Assembly: GCA_018396535.1 (NCBI GenBank) | Contig: JAGTQC010000001.1 | Location: 32,001-96,000, forward strand | DNA length: 64,000 nucleotides | Source of the DNA: Candidatus Bathyarchaeota archaeon | GTDB taxonomy: Archaea; Thermoproteota; CALKCG01; B24; DRYS01 | Direction: 5' to 3' | Part shown: positions 51,037 to 61,446 of the stretch, piece after piece | How positions within the stretch are numbered: position 1 is the stretch's first letter | Layout of the letters: each line of letters opens with the position of its first letter | Made by a program: the position numbers and the translations under genes | The notes under the pieces: model-generated | Told to the model about the DNA's origin: nothing | The model's database searches: none | Seen by the model: the letters and a program-made list of their open reading frames with translations, nothing else

Positions 51037-51483
51037 GTGGTTTCGATGAGTATAGAGGTTGTTTACGCTCTCCTAGTTATCGTCGGCCTCATATTAGAGT
51101 GGGTGATTTACAGTGTGGAGGGTGATAGATCTGGTGGTATTGTTACGATTCCTCTGATAGCTGTGTATACTCTTCTATATCCATCGTTTGGTCTTCTCCT
51201 CTGGTTTATCGTATCCGTCTGCTATATAGCTGCTGAGATTATGTATAGGGGGTTCCTGCTTTATGGTAGGAGGCTTTTCCTAGCTGTCGTAGCTTTCTGT
51301 ATAGTAGTGACTATTCCATCGATGTTTCTTCTAGGTTTCGAACGTTTCTTCGTTATATCTATAGTTCCCGGGATCGTAGCTTATAATATCCACTATGAGA
51401 GGAGGTTTTCTAGAACCTTTATGTTAACTCTAGCTAAGTATCTTACTCTACTAGGCTTAGGTTATCTATTATTGAATCTGTGA
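51037..51483 (+). CDS. capC: Poly-gamma-glutamate biosynthesis protein CapC/PgsC-like
   Basis: GGIVTIP, LYGRR and IVPGIVAY motifs; adjacent to capB. Confidence 0.75.
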   Translation: MVSMSIEVVYALLVIVGLILEWVIYSVEGDRSGGIVTIPLIAVYTLLYPSFGLLLWFIVSVCYIAAEIMYRGFLLYGRRLFLAVVAFCIVVTIPSMFLLGFERFFVISIVPGIVAYNIHYERRFSRTFMLTLAKYLTLLGLGYLLLNL

Positions 51484-52619
51484 TCGGTATGCTGAGATCT
51501 ATCTGGATGAGGTTTAACTATACGCGTCTCTTGGATAGTGTTAGAGTGAGGATAGCTGTTAACGGTGTTAGAGGTAAGTCTAGCTTAGTTGTGTTGTTGG
51601 AGAGGTTGTTTAGGAGTAGGGGGTTTACTACTTATGGGAAGGTTACTGGGGAGAACCCGTTCTCGATAAAGGATGGTGTCTTCTATCCTATTCCTAGGAT
51701 GGAGGGGTTCCCTATATCTCTCGATGAGAATATCTGTGAGTTCTATAAGTATTTCCCGTTTGATGCTATGATAGTCGAGAATCAGGCTATAACCCCCTAT
51801 ACTATAAGGGTTGTTAACGAGCTTCTGGTTAAGCCTCATATTATCGTTGTAACTAATGTTAGGAGGGATCATGGGGATAGCTTAGGCTGGGATCTTAGAT
51901 CTGTAGCTAGGAGTTTGGGTAGGGGGTTTAGTAGAGCATCTATCGTTGTGTGTGGGGAGCAGAGGGTGGAGCTTAATAGTATTCTTGAAAGGTATGCTAG
52001 GGGTGTGGGTGCTTTATTCGATGTAGTGGAGGTACCTGAAGCTGTGAGGGGGCTTCCAGGTGTAGAGCTGGTTTTCATAGCTAGTAGGATTATGGATAGG
52101 TTGGGTTTGGATTCTATGAAGCCGTATGAGGAGGGGGAGGCTTTGGAATCTATATTGAAGCATTTCACTCTTAGAGAATCTAGTATAGGTGTATCATGGT
52201 TTCCAGGAGCTAAGCTTAACGATATCGATAGCACTTCTATAGTTTTGAAATATATGATGGATAGGTATCCGAGTAGAGGTTTCATGCTGGTAGCATACTT
52301 TAGATCTGATAGACCTAGTAGAACTATCAGCTTTACCGAATTCTTCGATAACATAGATCTAGATAGGGTGGGGAGGATATACCTGGTAGGATTCGGAGCA
52401 GACTACGTGTACAGGAGGGTTAAAGGAAGGGTTAGGGAAGTATCTAGAATCCTACCAGATTCTACTAAGAGTATAGAACAGATCATACAGGAAGCTAGAG
52501 ATACAGGCTACGTAATATTCACTATCGGTAACCAAGTTAACAACTTCATGCGTACACTAACAGCAATCCTAGAACCAGGTATAGAGAAAACAGTTACTAC
52601 GATATTCAAATCTAACTGA
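51480..52619 (+). CDS. capB: Poly-gamma-glutamate synthase CapB/PgsB-like (Mur ligase fold)
   Basis: RIAVNGVRGKSS, GKVTG, NVRRDH, NDIDST and RSDRPSRT motifs. Confidence 0.82.
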   Translation: MIGMLRSIWMRFNYTRLLDSVRVRIAVNGVRGKSSLVVLLERLFRSRGFTTYGKVTGENPFSIKDGVFYPIPRMEGFPISLDENICEFYKYFPFDAMIVENQAITPYTIRVVNELLVKPHIIVVTNVRRDHGDSLGWDLRSVARSLGRGFSRASIVVCGEQRVELNSILERYARGVGALFDVVEVPEAVRGLPGVELVFIASRIMDRLGLDSMKPYEEGEALESILKHFTLRESSIGVSWFPGAKLNDIDSTSIVLKYMMDRYPSRGFMLVAYFRSDRPSRTISFTEFFDNIDLDRVGRIYLVGFGADYVYRRVKGRVREVSRILPDSTKSIEQIIQEARDTGYVIFTIGNQVNNFMRTLTAILEPGIEKTVTTIFKSN

Positions 52620-52717
52620 GATAGAGAGATCTATGGATAGGATATGGAGGGGGACCATAACGGAAACTATGGAAAAACCCGAGGGGGTCCTCGAGTATAG
52701 TAGATCGATAATCTAGA

Positions 52718-52792
52718 CGGGCCCGGTGGGATTCGAACCCACGACCGACAGCTTAGGAGGCTGCCGCGCTATCCTGACTGCGCTACGGGCCC
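52718..52792 (-). tRNA. tRNA-Arg(CCT)
   Basis: GGGCCCG acceptor, GCAGC-CTCCTAA-GCTGT anticodon arm, TTCGAAT loop. Confidence 0.95.
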
Positions 52793-52887
52793 CTCTCCTC
52801 TACCGATATCCTACCCCCCTCCTACGATTTAACCTTTACGATACATACTCATCAAGCTTATCCTATAGAATCTAACATTAATACTAT

Positions 52888-53658
52888 CTAACAGCTATAG
52901 TATTCTCCTAGCCTCCTCTGCTGACCCTTCCTAGATGCTAGTATCTCTATGCATCTAGCTATATCTATCCTCCTATACTCTAATCCAAGCTCCTTCAACC
53001 TCATATACGCTTTATACGTTATCGATGGGGCTGCGAGTATACCCCTCATAGATCCATACCTATCTCTAAGAGATTCTATATATGCTTTAAGCTGTTCTAC
53101 AGCTTCTAGATCCGCCTTCACTCTCTTAAGCTCTACTACTACGAGTCTTCCATACCTATCTAGACCGTATAGATCTACGAAGCCTGATTCTACAGGCTTC
53201 TCTATAGATACAGGTTTAAACCCATCCTCTATCAACCCAGGTTCTGCTAATATAGCTTCACGTATCGCTTCCTCCCCTATCTCTACTCTAAACCTAGGTT
53301 TACCTTCAAGTCTAGATACTGCTACCAGCGATACTGATGTAAAGCGTGCTACCACTCTCTCATACGGAGATCTCCTAGTAGATGATAGTACTAGATTCTC
53401 ATCATCTATATACACCTCCAGCTTCGATCCTGGAGGCTGCCAGTTTACAGGTTCTACACTAGTTGCAGCATGTATAAGAAGTGTACCATCTGGTTTAGCT
53501 ATGATTATACGCGATCCAGATTCTAGGCTTGCAACTCCTCTACCCCTATACTCTACACTACACTCCCCTACTAGGATTAAAACCATACCCTCAGCTAGAC
53601 TCTTCCTGAATAGCTCGATAATATCTTCGAAACTCGGGTTTACGATAGCTGAGGTCAT
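52888..53658 (-). CDS. nucS: Mismatch endonuclease NucS/EndoMS
   Basis: CSVEYRGR, KPDGTLLIH, PVNWQPPG, VDLYG...VVELKR and QLKAY motifs. Confidence 0.93.
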   Translation of the reverse strand: MTSAIVNPSFEDIIELFRKSLAEGMVLILVGECSVEYRGRGVASLESGSRIIIAKPDGTLLIHAATSVEPVNWQPPGSKLEVYIDDENLVLSSTRRSPYERVVARFTSVSLVAVSRLEGKPRFRVEIGEEAIREAILAEPGLIEDGFKPVSIEKPVESGFVDLYGLDRYGRLVVVELKRVKADLEAVEQLKAYIESLRDRYGSMRGILAAPSITYKAYMRLKELGLEYRRIDIARCIEILASRKGQQRRLGEYYSC

Positions 53659-53700
53659 ACCTAGCTTCGATACTCTCCGATAAATCTAACCCTTCATACA

Positions 53701-55011
53701 TTATTCAGTAACTCTAGGTTTCTTCATAAATCTAATCTTAGCTGTAAGTATCTTCTCGCTTTCGAAGAACCATGCAGATACGTATAGGGTGGATAAGGTG
53801 AAAATGGCTAGGTAGATTATACCTAGGATCGGGGTGAGGTAATCTCCGGAGAGGATGGAGTTTACTGATAGGATGGGATATGATAAGGGTATAGCATACA
53901 CTAGTATTCTTAGAGCTATCGGTAGGGAATTTACATCTGTAAATATCGTGAATAAGAACGGTATTATCAAAGGTATGAATACTATACCTAGTAGGCTTTG
54001 AGCACTTCTAACATCATCTGCTAGAGCTGATAAACCTATAGCTATCGAGAGAAGAGCTATGAGTGATAGGATTAGTAGGATACCCATAACTATATATCCT
54101 TGAACCGGTATCTCCACGATCTTAACATATTCTACCGGTATACCTAACCCTGCTAAACCCTCCTGAGGTATGAGAGAGAAGGAGCTCATATATATGGTGA
54201 ACCCGGATAGATAGGAAACTGAACCTATTATAGCTATGAGTATAGAGCCTGCGAGCTTACCCATAAGTATATGTACACGTTTAATAGGTAGTGTTAACAG
54301 GATTTCTAAAGTCTTCCCCTCCTTCTCTTTAGCCATACTAGTAGCAGCTATCTGCATAGCTACTATCACCACCATGAACATAGAGAATGGTAGCATAAGA
54401 CTCTGACTGAATAATCTCTGGAATATAATCGATGGGGGAGCCTTCACGGTGGATCCCTGTATAACCGTATATTCATCTAAGCTTACAGGGTTTAATATGA
54501 AGCTTGGATCTATATCCGGTGCTACCCTCCCCAATAAACTGTATACTAGTATATCTCTATAGGTAGCGATGTATGCTTGGATAGCTGATGACGGTATCGT
54601 CGATAGGAGGGAGAAGCCTTCGATAACAGAGTATACTTGAAGCCTAGCTTTCACACCTATAGTTATATTACTGCTAAATCCTTCAGGTATTATGAGGAGG
54701 ATGTTCAAATCTCTAGATGAAGCTTCGAGTATAGCTTCACTTATACTCCTAGATTTTACGGTATAGATCGAGGCATTCATAGATCTCAACATATCGATTA
54801 GATACGATGCGTAAACACCTCCATCTAGATCTAATACTGCTAGAGATATCCTACCAGCTACAGCTTCTCTAACCGATGTAAACGCTGTCGATAGTATACT
54901 ACCCATTATACCTAGCATAAGGATTGGGGCTAGTAGTATACCTAGAAGTATCTGGGGGTCTCTTAATAGATCCTTAAACTCTTTAACTACCAGAGCTTTC
55001 AGAGGGTTCAT
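53701..55011 (-). CDS. ABC-2 type permease (NatB-like)
   Basis: KEFKDLLRD and AKEKEGKTLEILLTLP motifs. Confidence 0.88.
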   Translation of the reverse strand: MNPLKALVVKEFKDLLRDPQILLGILLAPILMLGIMGSILSTAFTSVREAVAGRISLAVLDLDGGVYASYLIDMLRSMNASIYTVKSRSISEAILEASSRDLNILLIIPEGFSSNITIGVKARLQVYSVIEGFSLLSTIPSSAIQAYIATYRDILVYSLLGRVAPDIDPSFILNPVSLDEYTVIQGSTVKAPPSIIFQRLFSQSLMLPFSMFMVVIVAMQIAATSMAKEKEGKTLEILLTLPIKRVHILMGKLAGSILIAIIGSVSYLSGFTIYMSSFSLIPQEGLAGLGIPVEYVKIVEIPVQGYIVMGILLILSLIALLSIAIGLSALADDVRSAQSLLGIVFIPLIIPFLFTIFTDVNSLPIALRILVYAIPLSYPILSVNSILSGDYLTPILGIIYLAIFTLSTLYVSAWFFESEKILTAKIRFMKKPRVTE

Positions 55012-55739
55012 GCTAAACCCACCGCTTTAAGGAAAACCTCCTCCATATTACTGGATGAGTACTTCTCCTTCAATAATCTAGGCGGCCCTTCATCTATACC
55101 TCTACCCTTATGTATGAGTAGGATACGATCGCATAGATACTCTATCTCAAGCATATTATGACTCGATATAAGCACTGTTAACCCATACTCATCTACATAC
55201 CTACGTATACATCCCCTTATATAATGCGCATGATATACATCTAAACCACTCGTAGGCTCATCTAGGATAGCTACTCTAGGTTTAACCATCAATGTTCTAG
55301 CAACTTGAAGTCTACGCTGCATACCCTTACTATAGCTTTTAACTCTATCCCTAATCCTAGAGCCTAAACCAGATATATCGAGAGCTTCCTCGATCATCGA
55401 TCTAGCTTCATCCTCACTCTTAGCATACACCTCTGCTACAAATCTAAGATATTCATAGCCTGTAAGATTACCGTATACACCAGCTTCTTCAGGTAGATAG
55501 CTTATCAAACCTCTAACACTCTCAGCATGCTCTACTACATCGAAGCCTAGAACTCTAACCGAGCCGGATGTAGGCTTAATAAGCGTAGCTATTATTCTAA
55601 GAGTAGTAGTTTTACCAGCACCATTCGGCCCTATCAACCCGTAGATTTCACCAGCTTCTACAGAGAATGTAAGACCATCTATAGCAGGTATACCTCCACT
55701 ATAAACCTTAACTAAATTCGATACTTCGATAGCTTTCAA
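55008..55739 (-). CDS. ABC transporter ATP-binding protein (NatA-like)
   Basis: GPNGAGKTT, YSKGM and LDEPTSGLD motifs. Confidence 0.95.
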   Translation of the reverse strand: MKAIEVSNLVKVYSGGIPAIDGLTFSVEAGEIYGLIGPNGAGKTTTLRIIATLIKPTSGSVRVLGFDVVEHAESVRGLISYLPEEAGVYGNLTGYEYLRFVAEVYAKSEDEARSMIEEALDISGLGSRIRDRVKSYSKGMQRRLQVARTLMVKPRVAILDEPTSGLDVYHAHYIRGCIRRYVDEYGLTVLISSHNMLEIEYLCDRILLIHKGRGIDEGPPRLLKEKYSSSNMEEVFLKAVGLA

Positions 55740-55880
55740 CCTTGATTCAGAGATTCCTCTCTGAAAGTATCATATAAACGTTGAGTTAGGATAGATCCAT
55801 CAAATCTTAGAATGCATGATATCTAACTCTAGATCTCGATGAATATTCATTGCGACTTCGAGGCTGAAGATAAGATCGAT

Positions 55881-57443
55881 CTATAACTCGATGTTATAGA
55901 TGTTTTTCCCGATCTCCTTCGAGAGGATCTTAGTTATCAAGATAGAGTATGCTACTACCACAACTATCGATAACCAGCTCTTAGCGTCTCCGAAACCTAG
56001 ATTTAACTCTAGCATTACTAGAATATATACTGGTGTTAGGAGTAGTATTGATAGTAGCATAGAGACTAGTCCGATTAGTAGTGAAGGGGCGCCGATACCC
56101 TTCAATTTAATGAGACCTATCATAACATATAGGTTTACGGAGCATCCTATCATCGATGTTGAGATGGTTAGGATCAGTGGTGCTATCGGGTTAACCTTGT
56201 ATATCATAGATAAAACCGCTACTACAACAACCGGTATAGTCGAGGAGAGCGATATGAAGGTGTATAGGAGAGCTTTAACCATTACGTATATATCCATACC
56301 CGAAGTCAACTGTATCCAAAGGTTACCAGAATCTGAGGCTCTCCAATTACTAACCAGCATTAACGGGATGGTTAGCGAATATACCCCTACTATGAATGTT
56401 AGGGAGTATGGGAGGATCTGCTGATTCTGGGATAGGCTACCACTTATAGAAGTAGCTATGAGTGATGCTAGTAGGTAGAGGAGTATGATAGTGAATAGGC
56501 TTCCCTCCCTTAACACTCTTATAAACTCCTTCTTCATCAGGAAGACTAGTATAGATCTTGATTCAGGATTCAGTATCGAAATAACGCCCATTCTAGAAAA
56601 TACTCTAATACTACGCTCCATTTGCAGGTTCTGCATCCTCATAGATGTATCGAAGGGGGATATAAATGGGATACTAGAAACTGATGGGAAGAAGTTTTTC
56701 ATAGATGCTGATAGAAAGAATAGTAGTGATAGTAGGAAGTAAAACGATAAACCAGTAAGATCGATTATTAGATTATCCAAACCGTATACTAAGCCTACAA
56801 TTATCTTCGCTAAGAATGTTGAAGGATAGGGTAATAAAGTGTAACCTATAGGTAGATCGGATATAAGTCCAGCTGATGGAAATAGAAGGAGGAATATGGT
56901 AGCTAGTATAAATATATTGGTTAGTACACCCCTATACAGAGATTTCACTATGGAGAAGGAGACTTTAAGAAAGAGAAGTGTGAAGGTAAAGAGGAGGACA
57001 GATAGTAGTATGAGTAGCGCAGAGGATATAGAGAGTTTAAGTAGATATACTATCATCAAGTAGAAGATAACGAGTGGATTAGCGAAGATGGATAGGGATG
57101 TAAGATTAGAGAATGTATCTGCTATCAAGTATTCTCTAGGTTTTATAGGAGAGGTAAGGATGATATTTTGTTCGTATTCGAATACAGTGTAGCCTCTTAA
57201 TGCTAGGGAGATTGCGAAGACCATGAGTAGACTAGCTATTGAAGATAATTGCTCTATGCATGGGTTTATATCCACAGTCTCTCTAACAGCATTGGATAAA
57301 GTGAGGGATAGACCGAATAAGCCTGGAAGGAGACCAAACGTATAGAAGATTAAGAGAGCTATACTAGCCTTCGATGCTTTAAGAGTACCGAGTAGCATCT
57401 TAACTTTGAAGATGTACAGGTTTAGAATAACATGGATCCTCAT
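55881..57443 (-). CDS. Putative ABC exporter permease
   Basis: About 12 TM helices, internal KKEFIRVLRE; overlaps the ATPase stop codon. Confidence 0.75.
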   Translation of the reverse strand: MRIHVILNLYIFKVKMLLGTLKASKASIALLIFYTFGLLPGLFGLSLTLSNAVRETVDINPCIEQLSSIASLLMVFAISLALRGYTVFEYEQNIILTSPIKPREYLIADTFSNLTSLSIFANPLVIFYLMIVYLLKLSISSALLILLSVLLFTFTLLFLKVSFSIVKSLYRGVLTNIFILATIFLLLFPSAGLISDLPIGYTLLPYPSTFLAKIIVGLVYGLDNLIIDLTGLSFYFLLSLLFFLSASMKNFFPSVSSIPFISPFDTSMRMQNLQMERSIRVFSRMGVISILNPESRSILVFLMKKEFIRVLREGSLFTIILLYLLASLIATSISGSLSQNQQILPYSLTFIVGVYSLTIPLMLVSNWRASDSGNLWIQLTSGMDIYVMVKALLYTFISLSSTIPVVVVAVLSMIYKVNPIAPLILTISTSMIGCSVNLYVMIGLIKLKGIGAPSLLIGLVSMLLSILLLTPVYILVMLELNLGFGDAKSWLSIVVVVAYSILITKILSKEIGKNIYNIEL

Positions 57444-58222
57444 AGCCTCCCCCTCTTCAACATCTCATCTCTGGTAGACTTCACTTCCGCTTCTTCTATC
57501 AATTTGAGGAATACTTCTTCTAAAGTCGCATTCTCACCTGTTCTTGATAATTGTTTGAGAATCTTTAGATCACCAGAAGCTACATTCTGCCCTTTATAGA
57601 TTATAGCAACCCTATCGCAAAGCCTCTCAGCTGTATCGAGCATATGAGTTGATATGAAAACAGTTTTACCATCCTTAACTCTCTCGCTAAATAGCTCCTT
57701 CAATAAATGCTGCCCCATAGGATCGATACCTATGAACGGTTCATCAAGAATCAGTAGATCCGGGTCATGTATAAGAGCTGATGCTATAGCAACCTTTTGA
57801 CGCATACCTTTAGAAAGGGAGACGATTAACGACCTCCTCTTATCTTCGAGTTCGAATAGATTAGTAAGGTGATCGATCCTCTCCCTGATATGCTTAGTTG
57901 AAACACCCCTAATCTTCCCCGAGTATATGAGAAACTCCTCAACGGTTAGATAATCTGGTAGAGAAACAGATTCAGGTACATACCCTATAAGCTTCTTATA
58001 CTCATATGGCTTCTCATATATATCTACACCGTTAACTTTCACGAGACCTCTATCCATCTTCAAGAGACCTACTATTATCTTAAGCGTCGTCGTCTTGCCA
58101 GCACCATTAGGACCTATAAGCCCGAAGATCTCACCTTTTCTAACCTCAAGATTTAAACCTCTAAGTGCTTGAATACCGTTATAAGACTTCCAAACATCTA
58201 TCAATTCGACTATGAAGGTCAT
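57440..58222 (-). CDS. ABC transporter ATP-binding protein
   Basis: GPNGAGKTT, LSKGMRQK and LDEPFIGID motifs. Confidence 0.95.
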   Translation of the reverse strand: MTFIVELIDVWKSYNGIQALRGLNLEVRKGEIFGLIGPNGAGKTTTLKIIVGLLKMDRGLVKVNGVDIYEKPYEYKKLIGYVPESVSLPDYLTVEEFLIYSGKIRGVSTKHIRERIDHLTNLFELEDKRRSLIVSLSKGMRQKVAIASALIHDPDLLILDEPFIGIDPMGQHLLKELFSERVKDGKTVFISTHMLDTAERLCDRVAIIYKGQNVASGDLKILKQLSRTGENATLEEVFLKLIEEAEVKSTRDEMLKRGRL

Positions 58223-58446
58223 AGTACACTATCCTCTATACAGATTAACGTATTGATCTATCTGTGATATTAATATTAGATAAGCTGATAATAGTTGTAC
58301 AACGTTTTTCATCCTTCGTAAAGAGGCTTTAGGAATACGGTTTAAGACCCATTTTATTCAGCTTCGAGTGCTTAACTGACAGCTGTTTAAGATTTACTTA
58401 AAGCTATCGATCTGCAAAAGAATCTGTAGAGATTTCTCTATTGGAG

Positions 58447-58521
58447 TGGGGCCGGCCGGATTTGAACCGGCGACCACGCGGGCCCAAGCCGCGTATCCTA
58501 ACCTAGCTGGACTACGGCCCC
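58447..58521 (-). tRNA. tRNA-Pro(TGG)
   Basis: GGGGCCG acceptor, CGCGG-CTTGGGC-CCGCG anticodon arm, TTCAAAT loop. Confidence 0.95.
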
Positions 58522-58606
58522 CCTACTGGGATTATATCTTATAAAGCTGGCTCGAGATAAATATTTAACGTAGATTATGCAACCATATAATTGAGGTGTC
58601 TAGGCT

Positions 58607-59221
58607 ATGCGTATTAGATGGCTTAGTCATGCATGCTTTGAGCTATCTAATGGAAAGATAGTATTAATAGACCCGTATTTTAAAGGTAATAGGCTTGCTC
58701 CAAGGTATGAAGGGAAGCCTGAAATAGTACTTCTTACACATGAGCACTTTGATCATGCAGATACAGATTTCCTCTCTAGAATTAAACCAAAGATTGTAGT
58801 CGGGCCGCCATCAGTTAGTTATCCAGGTGTAAGAATAATTAGGGTTGGCGAAGCCTTAAACCTAGATGATGTAAAGGTTACAGCTTTAAACGCTAGCCAT
58901 CCTCAGAGTAGGTATCCTGTAGCATATCTCGTAGAGTATAGCGGCGTCATTCTTCTCCATCTAGGCGATACCTATCTAGATGCTATAAAGCCGTTAAGCG
59001 TAGATGTGGATCTAGCTTTAGTACCTATAGGTGGGACTTATACTATGGATATAGATGAAGCTATCGAAGCATTAGAGAGAATTAAACCTAAACTTACGAT
59101 ACCCATGCACTTCAATACATTTCCAGAGATAAGAGCTGATCCGGAGGAGTTTAGAAAGAAAGCTGAGGCTAGAGGCTATAGGGTTAGGGTACTATCCATA
59201 GGTGAATATATAGAAGTCTAA
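58607..59221 (+). CDS. MBL-fold metal-dependent hydrolase (UPF0173-like)
   Basis: WLSHACF, IDPY, THEHFDH, HLGDT, PIGG and PMHFNTF motifs. Confidence 0.88.
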   Translation: MRIRWLSHACFELSNGKIVLIDPYFKGNRLAPRYEGKPEIVLLTHEHFDHADTDFLSRIKPKIVVGPPSVSYPGVRIIRVGEALNLDDVKVTALNASHPQSRYPVAYLVEYSGVILLHLGDTYLDAIKPLSVDVDLALVPIGGTYTMDIDEAIEALERIKPKLTIPMHFNTFPEIRADPEEFRKKAEARGYRVRVLSIGEYIEV

Positions 59222-59236
59222 GGATTTAGAAATATT

Positions 59237-60478
59237 TTATAGCTTGAATAAACGCTTAGCATTACCTGAAAGTAGGGATCTAGCTACTTCTTCAGCTAGA
59301 TCTTTCGTATAGAAGCCTCTCTTCACCATGCAGTCTAGGGCCTCTGCTATCATCTTACGTGTAAGAGCAGCTTTACCATAGATCCATTCCAATACGTATG
59401 CATCGCTAAAGAAGCCGCAGATTTTACCCATGGGTATAAGTTGTAAGCGTTCAAGTATATGCTGTATTATGCTTTCAGGGAAGAAACAGTACCACCAGTA
59501 GCCTGTTAAATAGACGTTAGGATAGTTTTTAGCTATTACCGTAAGCTCGTGGGATTGGAATCTATAAGCGGATATAAGGTGGAAATCTACATTCTTATAC
59601 TGATCGAAGAATCTACATAGCGATATGAGACCCCTTTGCTTGAAACATATAGCTAGATCTGGAGGTGAAGATCCAGGTATATCCCTCACAACTCCGATCA
59701 TTATTTGTATCGGAAGTTTATACTCATAACATAGATCCAATATTATGGATAGGGCTACCGATCTTAAATGAATCCTTTCTGCACCTGATAATGGTTTACC
59801 TACGTAGAGTTTGGTATATGCTTCATTAGCCAGAGCTCTATGGGTTAGCTCATAGGTTTCAAAACTTTGGAAGGATATAGCAGCTGTAGCAGCTGATCTA
59901 TCGAATACTTTAAATCTATCTGCAAGTAGATCCTCGAATTCACCTAGAGTAGATGCCGATCCTCCAGATACCTTCTCGAGTTGATCTATTGATTCCTTAG
60001 ATAAACCTCCGACTAGCGGATCAAGTCTAAGAGAAGCTACATACATCTTTCTATCGAATTCTGGTTTAGTCTCCGTTAACGGATTTATCGTTAAGAATAT
60101 CTTATCTATCTTAGCTTTCTCCCAAACTCTATAAATCCAATTTGGATCTGAGGATTTTGATATTATCGCTTCTCTAAGCTTAGGCCAGTTATATGTATCT
60201 AGATCATAGTCTAAGTCGTATAGATCTGATAGTATCTGTTTAAGACACCAGTACGTAGAAGTATTTCGTATAAGCTTGAAGTATTCGATAAGATCTCCTA
60301 CAGGATCCCTACTCTTTGCTTTAACTTCTTCAACAGGTACACCTACAGATCTAAGTTCAGTAGCTATATAGTGGTATAAGAGTATTTGCGATGGATCTGA
60401 AGCTATAGGTCTTCTAAAATCTATATGTGTATGTACATCTACTAGAGGTGCATCACGAACAACATCTTCAAGACTCAA
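59237..60478 (-). CDS. Amidohydrolase, uronate isomerase (UxaC)-like
   Basis: VDVHTH, LLYHY, YPNVYLTGYWW and FFSDAY motifs. Confidence 0.72.
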   Translation of the reverse strand: MSLEDVVRDAPLVDVHTHIDFRRPIASDPSQILLYHYIATELRSVGVPVEEVKAKSRDPVGDLIEYFKLIRNTSTYWCLKQILSDLYDLDYDLDTYNWPKLREAIISKSSDPNWIYRVWEKAKIDKIFLTINPLTETKPEFDRKMYVASLRLDPLVGGLSKESIDQLEKVSGGSASTLGEFEDLLADRFKVFDRSAATAAISFQSFETYELTHRALANEAYTKLYVGKPLSGAERIHLRSVALSIILDLCYEYKLPIQIMIGVVRDIPGSSPPDLAICFKQRGLISLCRFFDQYKNVDFHLISAYRFQSHELTVIAKNYPNVYLTGYWWYCFFPESIIQHILERLQLIPMGKICGFFSDAYVLEWIYGKAALTRKMIAEALDCMVKRGFYTKDLAEEVARSLLSGNAKRLFKL

Positions 60479-60908
60479 AGTATAGCAACACCTCTTAAGG
60501 ATAGATGCCCTAAGTATCGTAAATTAAACTTTCTCTATAGAGAAAACTATGTTAGGTAACAGCACTAGATTATAATGGTAATGTATTATCTGCTTTCCGA
60601 TACCATACCGACTATACATAATATCTTAAAGGTTATAGGATTGTTTCCGTAGGATATTACCGGTAACCTACCACTAAGAATAAAATTAGGGATATGTAAG
60701 TAGATGATGGTTGGGATGACCCTATCGTGGAATGTATAATAGTTTTAAGAAGGATTGAAACTGGGAAAACCATATATGTGAGATACCATTACAGTTATTT
60801 CAAAACAATGAATTTAAACGTAAGAAGGATGTTTGATGATCCAGTTGTAAGGGTTAGATACGTGAAGTCTGGGTGGAAGGCTCTAAAGAAAAATGGTTGA
60901 AGGATTAC

Positions 60909-61238
60909 CTATAGTATCTTTGATCCTGGTGGAACTGGTTCAAATGTTGTAAGCCATATAGGCTTACCATCAGTCATAGCGGCTAAAGCCATACCTTTAG
61001 ATTCAACACCAGCTATCTTTTTAGGTTCTAGATTCACTAGTACAACGAGAAGCCTACCCTTAAACCATTCAGGGGTATAGTACTCTCCTCCACCAGCTAC
61101 GATCGTACGGATCTCTCCTCCACCTACATCCACCTTAAGTTTTACTACCTTACTTCTTCCAGGAATTCTCTCAGCATCGATAACATAGCCAATTCTTAAG
61201 TCGAGCCTACTGAAATCCTCTATAGATACCATGCTCAT
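60909..61238 (-). CDS. tRNA-binding OB-fold protein (Trbp111/CsaA/MetRS C-terminal-like)
   Basis: DFSRLDLRIG and NLEPKKIAGVESKGM motifs. Confidence 0.9.
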   Translation of the reverse strand: MSMVSIEDFSRLDLRIGYVIDAERIPGRSKVVKLKVDVGGGEIRTIVAGGGEYYTPEWFKGRLLVVLVNLEPKKIAGVESKGMALAAMTDGKPIWLTTFEPVPPGSKIL

Positions 61239-61446
61239 AACGTCTACACCTGAATACATCTTTCCATATCTGAATAGGGATTTAAGTGTTTTCCCTAAAC
61301 CATAGATTCGATTAAGGATGTATAACTAGGTTGAAAGTCTAAGATTATAAGAGACTGCTACCTATATACAGGCGAAACATTTTTATCCAGGATTATGAAG
61401 TTATCTTGTTCCCCGTTGGGGGGATTGTTTATCGTGGGGTGTTATT

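Noticed and set aside
52949-53683. 244-aa ORF antisense to nucS, and similar Ser/Ile-rich antisense ORFs throughout the track
   Set aside because: Mirror-frame artefacts of biased codon usage, with no motifs.
61408-61425. Hairpin TCCCC/GGGGA upstream of the leuA-like gene as a possible intron
   Set aside because: No complementary central helix or bulges for a BHB.
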